A DNA stretch of 47,304 nucleotides from Octopus bimaculoides (taxonomy: Eukaryota). The number at the start of each line of letters is the position of its first letter. The first letter of the stretch is position 1. The notes beneath the pieces were generated by a model. That model had not been told where the DNA came from, ran no database searches, and saw only the letters and a list, made by a program, of their open reading frames with translations. This document shows, one piece after another, positions 11,129-24,365 of the stretch. The stretch is taken from assembly GCF_001194135.2 (NCBI RefSeq), contig NC_068984.1, positions 40,684,450-40,731,753 on the forward strand, given 5' to 3'. The translations under genes were made by a program, and so were the position numbers.

Positions 11129-11786
11129 NNNNNNNNNNNNNNNNNNNNNNNNNNNNNNNNNNNNNNNNNNNNNNNNNNNNNNNNNNNNNNNNNNNNNNNN
11201 NNNNNNNNNNNNNNNNNNNNNNNNNNNNNNNNNNNNNNNNNNNNNNNNNNNNNNNNNNNNNNNNNNNNNNNNNNNNNNNNNNNNNNNNNNNNNNNNNNNN
11301 NNNNNNNNNNNNNNNNNNNNNNNNNNNNNNNNNNNNNNNNNNNNNNNNNNNNNNNNNNNNNNNNNNNNNNNNNNNNNNNNNNNNNNNNNNNNNNNNNNNN
11401 NNNNNNNNNNNNNNNNNNNNNNNNNNNNNNNNNNNNNNNNNNNNNNNNNNNNNNNNNNNNNNNNNNNNNNNNNNNNNNNNNNNNNNNNNNNNNNNNNNNN
11501 NNNNNNNNNNNNNNNNNNNNNNNNNNNNNNNNNNNNNNNNNNNNNNNNNNNNNNNNNNNNNNNNNNNNNNNNNNNNNNNNNNNNNNNNNNNNNNNNNNNN
11601 NNNNNNNNNNNNNNNNNNNNNNNNNNNNNNNNNNNNNNNNNNNNNNNNNNNNNNNNNNNNNNNNNNNNNNNNNNNNNNNNNNNNNNNNNNNNNNNNNNNN
11701 NNNNNNNNNNNNNNNNNNNNNNNNNNACACACACATGCAAGCACACACACACATGCAAGCACACACACACACACACATACACATAA

Positions 11787-12018
11787 GGCGGCGAGCTGGC
11801 AGAAACGTTAGCACGCCGGGCACAATGCTTAGCGGTATTTCGTCTGCCGCTACGTTCTGAGTTCAAATTTCGCCGAGGTCGACTTTGCCTTTCATCCTTT
11901 CGGGGTCGATTAAATAAGTACCAGTTACGCACTGAGGTCTATATAATCGATTTAATCCGTTTGTCTGTCCTTGCTTGTCCCCTCTGTGTGTAGCCCCTTG
12001 TGGGTAGTAAAGAAATAA
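11787..12018 (+). mobile_element. SINE family B full length, tail type B1
   Basis: A-box/B-box head, central domain (recalled as MetaSINE/MESC-like), tail CCCCTTGTGGGTAGTAAAGAAATAA. Confidence 0.92.
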
Positions 12019-12954
12019 CACACACACATACACACACACACGTAAAGAGATTTTTAAGGGTTGAAAAGCTCACATAGGTAACTCAAAGGCACACACAGGC
12101 GTAGCGTACACACACAGAGGCGCACACACACACAGGTGCACATGCACAGACACACACACAGACACAGACACACACACACACACAGACGCATAAACACATG
12201 CACACACACTGACGCACAAACACACAAACACACGTGTATATATGCACATACTGGGAAACACAGGCACGAATGCACACACACACACACACATACACACACA
12301 TACACACACACACACACACACTTAGATACACGTTTATGTGCGACTATGAGCACATACATAGGTTGTGATCTTTTGCTTTTGTGTACATGCTTGGTGTGTT
12401 TCAATATTTGGGTAGGAACGGTTTGTGTCTATTCGCTACTTTCTCTGCGTTTGCATGTGCGTATGTGTATGCGCGTGCATATGTATGTATTTGCATGCGC
12501 GCGTGTCTACACACACACAAACACATATATATATACTTTTGTTATCCATTGTATATCCGTTACATGTACGTGAACACACTAGCGCACGCGCGCGGCTGTA
12601 CACGTGCAAACGGCGCGTAGCATACTCTCATTCACCTGCAAGCTTTGTTAAAAACAACACCGTTTTTACACCTATGGAAAGTTTTCTTTGATTATTTTTT
12701 TTGTTGCTTGTGTCATTTGTTTTTCTTTGCGTCTCTTCTGTTGATTTAACTAAACCTTCTAGTTGATATTTATGTTTATTTATATTTTTTTACATGTATT
12801 TTATATTTTCTTTCCTTTTCCTTTTTTTAAATTTTTTTTATTTTCACTTCGTTTCCGTTTATATATTTCATGAATCGGATACTCGGATATGGCATTATCA
12901 GAGAACATAGAAAATATGTATGTGTTTATACACACACACACACACACACACACG

Positions 12955-13005
<51 letters not shown>

Positions 13006-13041
13006 AAACACACACACACATATGCACACATACATACATGC

Positions 13042-13088
<47 letters not shown>

Positions 13089-13121
13089 AGTATGCATGTA
13101 TATATATATATATATATATAT

Positions 13122-13321
13122 GGGGGTCTTAAAAGACATGTTAGGATCCACAATGAGCAGAACTTACTTGCAGGTATTGGTAGTGCAAATCAGAGGTGCA
13201 ATCTGTGTGGGTGTTTTTTCAAAACACTGTCTGGTTTAAAAAGCCACATCAGACGCCATGAAAGGGCTAAGGTGTAGGTGCAGGAGGTGGTCAAACTCTG
13301 TTTAAGGAGTAGACAACCACC
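13122..13321 (+). mobile_element. Probable RTE-clade LINE 3' end encoding C2H2 zinc fingers
   Basis: GLKRHVRIH..CNLCGCFFKTLSGLKSHIRRH* (one half finger plus one full finger). Non-TGEKP linker, no splice acceptor, short 3' UTR ending in a microsatellite. Confidence 0.55.
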
Positions 13322-13471
13322 ATATATATGTATATGCATATACATACATACATACATACATACATACAAACAGACATGTATATGTCTGTATATACGATGT
13401 GTATGTATGTGTGCATGTGTACCATCATGAACATTCTACCATTATCCGCGCTGTTAACCACCATCCATAAC

Positions 13472-13502
<31 letters not shown>

Positions 13503-13699
13503 TTCTTGCATCATACTCACAGTCATCGTTATCATCATCATCATCACCACAAGAAAGTTTGTATTTGTTTATTTGACCTGAAAGAAACAGCAGCTATGCC
13601 ATCCTTAACTCACAGTGTAACGTCTTTAAAAGATGTACACATTGGATATCGTTAAGAAACAGTCACTGTTCAAGGACCTTCCCTAACTCATTAGTCCAG

Positions 13700-13716
13700 A
13701 TTGATGATGTTGATGG

Positions 13717-13749
<33 letters not shown>

Positions 13750-13805
13750 CGATGATGATGATGATGATGATGACGATGATGATGATGATGACGACGACGA
13801 TGATT
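13700..13805. repeat. (GAT)n/(GAC)n compound microsatellite
   Basis: Direct inspection. Confidence 0.95.
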
Positions 13806-14397
13806 CTTCTTCAATTGAATTCCGATCAACTGAACAACCTATAAGTTAAAATAACGTGTAAATGCTTGAGTATTTCACTGATACGTGCAGCTTTTTTGTC
13901 ATGCTTCAGCTTTGGAAGGAGGTATGATGGAATGATTAGGAAGTTCGCTTTGCGATTCTGGTGAGATACCATTGTTTAGTACCTTGGGTAGGTACCTTTT
14001 TATCATAATTGCAGGTCAATCCTCACCTTTTGAGTGAAATTGGATAGGCGGAAACTGTGACACACCCGCCGGATGGTGTGTACTTGATATTAAAAAGTCC
14101 GGCCGAAGCCTAGATAACACTCAACTGAAATCCTCAAAGTCACTACATTTACAAGAACTTATACTCTCTGATAGTCTTTTCTGGTAGTCTGACATACGTA
14201 AAATAGCAATGTTACATCTAAAAGATTAGCGTTTTTCCACTGGGCCAGAATATACTTCAGCTTTGAACCTCTTCTAACTCCTTCTAATGCCTGCCCACAG
14301 CCACACTATCCAGTTATTCCAAATACACACATATGCAGTAAACCTTCCGGTAGACGAACCTTAATATAACGGATTTCTGATTTAACTGAAGGATTAA

Positions 14398-15066
14398 TAA
14401 TGGTTTCAAATTTTGGCACAAGGTCAGTAATTTTAGTGGCTGCGATATGTCGATTACATCACCCCAGTGTTCAACTACGATTTATTTCATCGACACCAAA
14501 AGGATAAAAGGTAAAGTGGACCTCGGCGGCATTTGAACTCAGAACGTAAAGACGAATAAAATATCGCTAAGCATTTAATAATGGTTTCAAATTTTGGCAC
14601 AGGTCCAGCAATTTTGGGGCAGAAGGTAAGTTGATTACATGGAACCCTGTGCTCCACTGGTACTTTCTTTTTTTATCCACCCCGAAAGAATGAAAAGCAA
14701 AGTCGACCTCGGCGGAATTTGAACTCAGAACGTAAAGACGGACGAAATGCCGCTAAGTATCTTTCCCGGCGTGCTAACGATTCTACCAGCTCTCTGCCTT
14801 TGAATGATTAATAATCCTTTCAATTACAGGCACAAGGCCTGAAATTTGGGGATACGGACCAGTCGATTACATCGGCCAGATTTTCACTAGCGCTTAATTT
14901 ATTGACCCCGAAAGGATGAATGGCATTGTAGACCTCNNNNNNNNNNCACCCCGAAAGAATGAAAAGCAAAGTCGACCTCGGCGGAATTTGAACTCAGAAC
15001 GTAAAGACATACGAAATGTCACGAAGTATTTTTCCCGGCGTGCTAACAATTCTGCCAGCTCGCCGC
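14398..15066 (-). mobile_element. Tandem cluster of three SINE B copies (B2 14398-14576, B2 14577-14798, B3 14816-15066 across a 10-N gap)
   Basis: Repeated TGGTTTCAAATTTTGGCACA tails and central domains. 17-bp TTTGAATGATTAATAAT flanks the third copy (14799-14815, 15083-15099). Confidence 0.9.
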
Positions 15067-15574
15067 TTTTTTTTTTTTTTTTTTTGAATGATTAATAATA
15101 ATAATGCAATGTTATTACACCACCACATGCCAATAAGTTCACAGCAAAACGCACTTTGACTGCAAGATCAAAAAGGAAAATTAAAGTTATATATTCATTA
15201 ATATAATTTAATAATTTTTATATAGAATATTTTGCGAATATTATTGTAAACCATTTGTTTCACATTAAAAATAATAAAAATGTGCCTTTGGCTATTTTCA
15301 ATATTACGGGTTTTGTATATGAAAAGATTCACCTTCTTCCGGATAAGTCCAATAAATCGAGGATTTACTAAATACATGCATACATACATACATACATACA
15401 TACACACACACTCCCATATAAACACACACACTGAGAGATGAGCATCTATGACCCTTTCCAAAGGCATCCGAGATTTGGAAAAGAGAGGGCTTATACCGTG
15501 ACCGGAGATATATCCCGAATGCTTGCAATAAAGTGAGCTCTGCTAAAGACAACCAAACACCTATCAATGAACAG

Positions 15575-15735
15575 GGACGAATCTTCTGATGAGCTATCAC
15601 ACAATTTCAGTCTACCACATTTGCCTCGCAAGGTTTTGAATGGGAGATATAGAAGACAATTGGCCAAAACACTACTCAGTGAAATCGCATAGTTGCGAAG
15701 CAGACTCCTTAACGGCATATAATCCTTCATATACT
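15575..15735 (-). mobile_element. Degenerate SINE family C 5' half
   Basis: Aligns weakly to 34989-35151 (CAGTCTACCA..CAAGG..TAGAAGAC). Confidence 0.6.
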
Positions 15736-15859
15736 CCTATTTATGTGCAGAGTTGTATTTTTCCTGTCTTTATTACCAAAAAGTATGGAAATAACGTGTG
15801 CGTATATATGTGGATTAGTATGTATGTTACATCATATATACTATGGAGCATGCATACGC

Positions 15860-16335
<476 letters not shown>

Positions 16336-16674
16336 AAATATACATACGTACATGCACTCATACATACACACACCAGTTTGAAGTTAAAGCATACTTCCAC
16401 GCTGCACTGAGTTGCCTGCATCACGTGTTTTATACACACACACATGCACACACATACAAACACAACGCAAACGTACACAGTCACATCCACACAATGCGTA
16501 CATCTGCGTGTGTGGTGCGTGTGTGGTGCGTGTGCGTATGTGTGTGTGTGTGGGGGGTGTTTACGCACCAACAGTAACAAGAAACATCTCTATAAAAATA
16601 ATTAGCACCAACGCAACAACGCAACAACCACAGGACGAATAATATACTAGCTAGCGATCATGAGAGAGAGAGAG

Positions 16675-16725
<51 letters not shown>

Positions 16726-17802
16726 GAGAGAGAGGGGGGGACGTGGTGAGAACGAGGAATTAGTGAGAGATATCTCCAATACGGAAGACAAAATGTGAAA
16801 AAGAGACGAGAAAACGAAAAGATATGGTAAGGAAATGGAGTCTTAACGTTTTCTACTGTTGTTGCTTATGTTTTCTTTGTGTAATGCTTTATTCTGAGAA
16901 GTCATGTCAGAATAGAATCAATCACTTATTTGCAAGTTGTTATCTCGACACTATACCGAATCACGAACCTCAACAGCAGCAGCAGCAGCAACAATTACAG
17001 CAACAGCAACAACAACAACAACAATGAAAGATACGAAGACGATGACAATAACGATAACAGCGTTGATGATGTCGACAACAACAGTTAGCACACGACAAAA
17101 ACAACAACGACACCCGCCTATACTATAATAACAACACTAACAACGAAAATACCGTGTGATGACATTAAACCAATATTTTTTCTTTGGAGGAGACTTAAAT
17201 CTAAGGAAAGACTTCAAAGGAAAAAGAAAAACGAGAGAAAGAATATAATGTAAATATAAAGCAAAGCAATTACATAAGAGAACTCAATAAAAACACAGAG
17301 GACAGACTGAAGCATATTGGGTTCAATTTCAGCTCGGTTTGACTTTGTCTTTGATCAGTCCGTGGCCTATAAAATAACGTAACTGTGAATCAATCATACG
17401 CTTAGAAATTTGTGATATTGTTCCTATGGAAAAAGATTGACATTCAATACAAACCCTAGGGAAGTTTATTTAATATAAATTAGTTCCCTGAGTGAAAGCA
17501 GTGTCCATGGTCTTTGTAGGTTGTGGTGGGCTCTGTTGCAACTGATGCCGTGTAATTGCTGAGTATAAACCTCTGTAAGTCACTGTCTGAAAGAAAAGCG
17601 TAAAAACAGAGCAAACCGAAGGTTTGCAAATGTTTGCAACAGAGTGGAACCTGTTAAAGGCATTCAAGGGCCAGGTGGGTGGTGTTAGCTTGGGGGATAT
17701 GTTTAGTCTGATGTAACATGGTTTCCATTTTTGATAAGAAGCACTTGGATAATGAGCGAGCAGACTGACTAGCTATAAGCCATGAAACAGCACTGGACAA
17801 CA

Positions 17803-17836
17803 GGGAGAGAGAAAGAGAGAGAGAGAAACAGATTAC

Positions 17837-17889
<53 letters not shown>

Positions 17890-17993
17890 AACAGATTACA
17901 GAGAGAGAGAGATAGAGAGATAGAGATAGATAGAGAGAGAGAGAGATAGAGAGAGAGAGATAGAGAGAGAGAGATAGAGAGAGAGAGAAACAG

Positions 17994-18046
<53 letters not shown>
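17803..18046. repeat. (AG)n array with higher-order AAACAGATTACAG punctuation (3 copies)
   Basis: Motif recurs near 17826, 17889 and 17988. Confidence 0.9.
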
Positions 18047-18048
<2 letters not shown>

Positions 18049-18074
18049 ACAGACCGATTAAGAGATAAACAAGT

Positions 18075-18220
18075 AATTGTCGTGGATCCCCGACAAAGGG
18101 GACCAAAGAATAAGTACCGTGCTTTAAAAAAATATGCACCGGGGTTGATTCGTTCAAATAAAATCCTTCGATGTGGTGCCCCATCATGGCCGTAGTCCAA
18201 AGACAAACTAGTAAAAGAAA
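18075..18220 (+). mobile_element. SINE family C 3' half
   Basis: GAATAAGTAC..GGGGTTGATT..CATGGCCGTAGTCCAAAGAC..AGTAAAAGA. Confidence 0.75.
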
Positions 18221-18344
18221 AACGAAGACAAATATAACAACAAATATACCAATAAACAAATATACAAATGTGAATATACTAATATAACAATAAATATACC
18301 AATATACAAATATAATGACAGTCTACTTAGCTGGAAAAAATGAG

Positions 18345-18528
18345 TTGTACCTATGATTCAAAGGGCCAGCCATGTCACATTCTGTGTCACATTGAATCCT
18401 CTTGAGAACTACATTAAGGGTATGCGTATCTGTGGAGTGCTCAGCCACTTGCACGTTAATTACACGAGGAGGCTGCTCCGTTGATCGGATCATCTGTAAT
18501 ACTCGTCGTAGTAACCGACGGAGTACCA
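18345..18528 (+). mobile_element. SINE family A 3' half
   Basis: Aligns to the A 3' module. The CGTCG..CGACG stem is retained with an enlarged loop. Confidence 0.85.
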
Positions 18529-18738
18529 TCCCATACAAATATAGCAACAAATGTTCCAATATGTAAATAAATAGACAAGTAGAAATGCTCAAACATATCA
18601 AAAGATTTCTGGCCTTTTGTCAGAGTAAGGAATCAAGCCGACAAATAGAAAAAAATTCCCAAGTATATAATATACAAATATTCCAACACATTTCTGGCTT
18701 TGTACCATAATTAGAAATCAATATTTATAACAAAAGTA

Positions 18739-18945
18739 GGCGGCGAGCTGGCAGAATGGTTAGTACGCCGGGCGAATCCTTAGCGGTATATCGTCCGTCT
18801 TTACGTTCTGAGTTCAACACCGAGGTTTACTTTGCCTTTCATCCTTTCGAGGTCGATAAAATATGTACCAGTGGAACACTGAGATCAATACAATCAACTT
18901 ACAAAGGCTTCCGAAATTGCTGGTCTTCTGCTAATATCTGAAACC
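18739..18945 (+). mobile_element. SINE family B full length (B2) with long TSD
   Basis: GAAA(T/C)CAATATTTATAACAAAA(G/C)TA at 18714-18738 and 18940-18964. Confidence 0.92.
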
Positions 18946-19819
18946 AATATTTATAACAAAACTATGGGCGTCAAAGTGAAAGATTTAATTTCGCTGTAAA
19001 ATGAGCCTGTGATGCGGTTTCAATACTCAGGTGAAATTCATTTAATTTACACAGCTTATATGCTTTGGAAAGGAATGAAGTTCCCGCCATCTCATGTAAC
19101 ACATGTTAATATCATCTTAGTGAATTTGGTAAACAAATTCAGCCTCGACTTGAAGCTTTATTTCTGTTACTGTTGTCCTTGGAAAATCCATGAACAAAAT
19201 AACATCTAAATTTTCTCACACGCCACAACTATCTGGTCTTGTGCATAAATTAAAAATACTAGTATTTAGACCGAACGGTGAGCACCTACGACAGCAGTAT
19301 AAATCTTCTGACAAGAGTTCTATTTGCGTTCAAAACTTTTTTGCTGCATTTACATAATATTCTCGGGAAAAGCATGGATATTACTGCTTTCAGTTACCCA
19401 CTACACACACACACACACACACAAGCGCCCATAATATTTATTGCAAAATCTATAATTATTGGAAAAATATTCTTTGTCATTTATAACACAAAGGAAATCG
19501 AACAAATGTAATAGAAATAGCAGCTGTAACTCTGAAATCGGACATTACTGTCGTTAAAGTGGAAAAGATTGAAGAATATAATCTTTGATGCACTTAAATA
19601 CTAAAAAAGAAGGAAAATGAGAGAATAATTATGTTTGGGGACGGCAGGATAATCATGCCAGGGACCTCTTTTATCGTTGGTCTTCTTGATCACAGCTGGC
19701 CAAGGGCTAAATAACAATATTGTTATCAATGCTTCACATAAAATAAGATTGCATTTGGAAATCGCGATCTTTCTTACATGAAGTATTAATAGAAAAGAAA
19801 GTGGACGAGAGGAAGGGAG

Positions 19820-19904
<85 letters not shown>

Positions 19905-20128
19905 TGCAGATAGGCGGACATGCAGACAGATAGGGAAATCAGAGACATGAAGCATCCTTACAACAGAATAGTTAATGAGAGAGAGGAAGGGTCGATGAGA
20001 AACAATGATAAAGAGAAATGGACAGACTGACAGGCTATCAGTCATGAGACCTCAGACAACAGAGAATGAGGGAGAGAGGGGAGAGTGGAGAGAGAGAGGA
20101 AGAGAGACTGACAGATAAATAGATAGAT

Positions 20129-20193
<65 letters not shown>

Positions 20194-20839
20194 AAGAGAG
20201 AGATAAACAAGCAAACGGAGACAGAGAAAACAGAACATCGTATCTAATGGTACTTGAACGTGCAAGCCTAAAAAATGTACACATTAATTTCTTGTGTACA
20301 CACGCCGCTCATATATTTCTGAGAATTCGAGAACTGTTCGCAGCCGATTTCAGCTGCTGTCAGTTCGGTGATCCACGGAGTACCCATGTTTAAAATTAAT
20401 ATTCTTTGTTTATGAAGTCCTCGCCATCCATAAAATAACTCAACAACTTGATCAAATTTTCAAAAACAAGACAAGTATTTGATTTAAGTAGCCGGGCATA
20501 TTGAATAATGGGTTTGACACGTCGTCATCGTAAGCAGTAAAATAATAAATAAATAAATAAATAAAAAACGCCTACCTTAAAATTCGGCAAATTTTGCTCT
20601 TCAGAGTATTTGTCGTTTGGCAGCTGCTCGCACACAAACCGATTCCATTTCAGGAAAATTGTATTATTAAAAAGTAAAGGTTTTGTTCTTTTATTTATTC
20701 TATTTCCCCAAACCGAACCAATCTGCAGCATTTCGAAGTTTCGTCTGTAAATCATAATGGAATTATTTTACGTCTGGATAAATTCTTCCCAAAATATTAA
20801 TCTATCAGTTTATAATCTATCTTATCAACCTACTTCAAT

Positions 20840-21010
20840 CATTTTAGTGCCGCCATATTGAGGCATCAACTTGAGAGATTTAATCGAACAAATCGACTCC
20901 AGTACAGATTTATTTTGAAGCCCGGTGCTTGATTTAATGCTTTCTTGTATCGAGCGACTAAGTTACAGAGCCATAAACAAACCAACACCGGTTGTCAAGT
21001 GGTGGTGGTG
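20840..21010 (-). mobile_element. SINE family C 3' half
   Basis: Aligns to the C consensus and runs into a gap. Confidence 0.8.
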
Positions 21011-21455
21011 GTGGGGGGGGGGGGNNNNNNNNNNNNNNNNNNNNNNNNNNNNNNNNNNNNNNNNNNNNNNNNNNNNNNNNNNNNNNNNNNNNNNNNNNNN
21101 NNNNNNNNNNNNNNNNNNNNNNNNNNNNNNNNNNNNNNNNNNNNNNNNNNNNNNNNNNNNNNNNNNNNNNNNNNNNNNNNNNNNNNNNNNNNNNNNNNNN
21201 NNNNNNNNNNNNNNNNNNNNNNNNNNNNNNNNNNNNNNNNNNNNNNNNNNNNNNNNNNNNNNNNNNNNNNNNNNNNNNNNNNNNNNNNNNNNNNNNNNNN
21301 NNNNNNNNNNNNNNNNNNNNNNNNNNNNNNNNNNNNNNNNNNNNNNNNNNNNNNNNNNNNNNNNNNNNNNNNNNNNNNNNNNNNNNNNNNNNNNNNNNNN
21401 NNNNNNNNNNNNNNNNNNNNNNNNNNNNNNNNNNNNNNNNNNNNNNNNNNNNNNN

Positions 21456-21499
<44 letters not shown>

Positions 21500-21689
21500 T
21501 TCATAGATACCTCATTGGTAAATAGACACCAATATTTCTTTAAAAATTTATTATTAGCAATAAAATAATGTCCTTTAATTCATTTAAATGTTTCACCTAG
21601 TATTTAGTAGGCATGCCTTGGGCACAATGAAGGGTACCTATTTACTTTAGAGATGTCTGTGTACGTATGCATATATGTATGTATGAATG

Positions 21690-21720
<31 letters not shown>

Positions 21721-22002
21721 GTATGTATGTATGTATGTATGTATGTATGTATGTATGTATGTATGTGTATACATATCATTGCTATTTTTCAAAAGTATCG
21801 CAAATCCAAAACGTTGCTTTTTCAGAATATGAAAAAGTAGTTTCACCATTCCATAACTGTTATTCCATAACAGAACTGTTGTATTACACTTTGACAATTT
21901 TTGATATCTTGGCATCTGAAGCAGTTATTGCAAGCAAAAGTAGATATTCAAAAAACGCATTGGCCAAATTTAGACATACAGCAGTTTAACACAATAGCAA
22001 CG

Positions 22003-22050
<48 letters not shown>

Positions 22051-24149
22051 NNNNNNNNNNNNNNNNNNNNNNNNNNNNNNNNNNNNNNNNNNNNNNNNNN
22101 NNNNNNNNNNNNNNNNNNNNNNNNNNNNNNNNNNNNNNNNNNNNNNNNNNNNNNNNNNNNNNNNNNNNNNNNNNNNNNNNNNNNNNNNNNNNNNNNNNNN
22201 NNNNNNNNNNNNNNNNNNNNNNNNNNNNNNNNNNNNNNNNNNNNNNNNNNNNNNNNNNNNNNNNNNNNNNNNNNNNNNNNNNNNNNNNNNNNNNNNNNNN
22301 NNNNNNNNNNNNNNNNNNNNNNNNNNNNNNNNNNNNNNNNNNNNNNNNNNNNNNNNNNNNNNNNNNNNNNNNNNNNNNNNNNNNNNNNNNNNNNNNNNNN
22401 NNNNNNNNNNNNNNNNNNNNNNNNNNNNNNNNNNNNNNNNNNNNNNNNNNNNNNNNNNNNNNNNNNNNNNNNNNNNNNNNNNNNNNNNNNNNNNNNNNNN
22501 NNNNNNNNNNNNNNNNNNNNNNNNNNNNNNNNNNNNNNNNNNNNNNNNNNNNNNNNNNNNNNNNNNNNNNNNNNNNNNNNNNNNNNNNNNNNNNNNNNNN
22601 NNNNNNNNNNNNNNNNNNNNNNNNNNNNNNNNNNNNNNNNNNNNNNNNNNNNNNNNNNNNNNNNNNNNNNNNNNNNNNNNNNNNNNNNNNNNNNNNNNNN
22701 NNNNNNNNNNNNNNTCAGACTTCACCCGATGAAATGACCACACAGAACTGCTAAAAATATTCAAATACATAATTATTAAGAGTAATCTTAAATAATGTTA
22801 TATGAATATGAAAACTGCAACTTGACGCTGGTGTTGGGTGTAGAAATATATGTTGTGATATACCATTAAAGATTCTCAAATTCCATCCTCGTGTTATCAT
22901 AATTATTATTTTATACACACACACTCACACACATACACACACACGCATACAAGCGCACATGTAGGTACAAACGCATACACACATTCACATAGTGCGGCCG
23001 TCATATTTCCTGATTAGTCTTTGGTGTTGAATTTGAAACCATAGCATTCCAATGTCCATCAACACTCCCGGATCATCTTTGGTTCTTTGGATATAACTTC
23101 CTTACTTCATTTACTTTGTTTTAGCCATCATAAATCAGAGCATACACGAGCATCACCTATATATGAATGTGTAAATGCATGTGTGGATGCGCGCGTGTAT
23201 GCATGTTTGCTGATAAGCACATAGACACAAACGCAATTTTTCTCTGTCTCTCTTTCTTCCCTTTCTCTCTCTTTCTTTCTCTTGCTCGTTCATGCTCTTG
23301 TATGCATACTGACTAACGTTTGGATGTATCTATATGTATAACTAAACATTTGTATCAGTCTGTCTGCATGTGTGCATTTGTGTATGTGTGTTTTTGCGTA
23401 AATCGCACATGTGTATGCCTGCGTCTATGCGCGCGCGTATGTGCGTGTGCGTGTGCGTGTATGTCTTTCTTTGTGTGTATGCGTATTCACACCGACGAAT
23501 ATATGCAAATGTGTACATACGTACATACATTTCTGCATTCTTACAACCATAGTTTAGTGTTAGCATACATACACATATACGTCCGTATGTGTGTTTTGTA
23601 TTTATGTATATATGTATAGATGTATGTATATATGTATGCGTAAATGTATGTATGGATCTATATCTATGTATGTGTCTATCTATGAATGTGTATGCATGCG
23701 TGGATGTAAGTATGTGTGTGCATATATGTGCGTTTATATGTATGTATATATGTATGTATGTATGCATGTATGTATGTCTGTATGTATGTATGAGAGTATT
23801 ATATATGTATATATTTTTCCATTGCCATCTCAATATGTTCTCCATTTGAAACTGAGAGCCAGTATCTAAGTGACAAGTTTTCTTTTGTTCAAGATGGCGG
23901 ATGGTAGGGCATTTTTGTTAGACAACATTAAATTGATGGATAGGGTCAGCTAATAATATTTGACCCCTTTGTGGAAGATTTGCGGGATTTTCTGTTCTAC
24001 TACTGACGGATTAGATCCGCAGAATGTGGGTCAATTGTTCTCATACCACCCCCACAAAAATTCGTTATTTTTTTAGTTGACTATTTTAGCATTTAGTTGT
24101 ATGTACAAATTATAGCAACTTACTATGAGCACATTTTTATGAAAAAAAG

Positions 24150-24300
24150 ATGGGGGAATCTTCTTCAGTGATTTGACAAGGACTATATGTTTTGTATTCA
24201 GTATCAGGTGGTCGAAGATGTTTTCCTTCTCACTGATTTTCGATGAGACACTCGATTCAATTGAACAGCTGGTTTCGACAGCAAGCCATTCTGCTTCTTT
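24150..24300 (-). mobile_element. R4/Dong-type LINE RLE fragment
   Basis: WLAVETSCSIESSVSSKISEKENIFDHLI is homologous to CTVAEVSCPADVTVQSRVQERENTYGELI in the 4560-5185 copy. Confidence 0.6.
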
Positions 24301-24315
24301 TGTGCATGCGTGTAT

Positions 24316-24365
<50 letters not shown>

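Noticed and set aside
13122-13277. Host C2H2 zinc-finger gene exon
   Set aside because: No TGEKP linker, no splice acceptor, and a LINE-like 3' end. It is not fully excluded.
14130-14370. RTE RT remnant on the minus strand
   Set aside because: Similarity is too weak to support.
16824-17128. PolyQ/polyT protein ORFs
   Set aside because: (CAG/CAA/ACA)n microsatellite with no domain content.
17520-17674. Plus-strand exon ending at CAG|GTGGGT
   Set aside because: Stops in all frames between any plausible acceptor and the donor.
23000-23110. CR1-like RT fragment (DPGVLMD)
   Set aside because: A single short motif is insufficient evidence.
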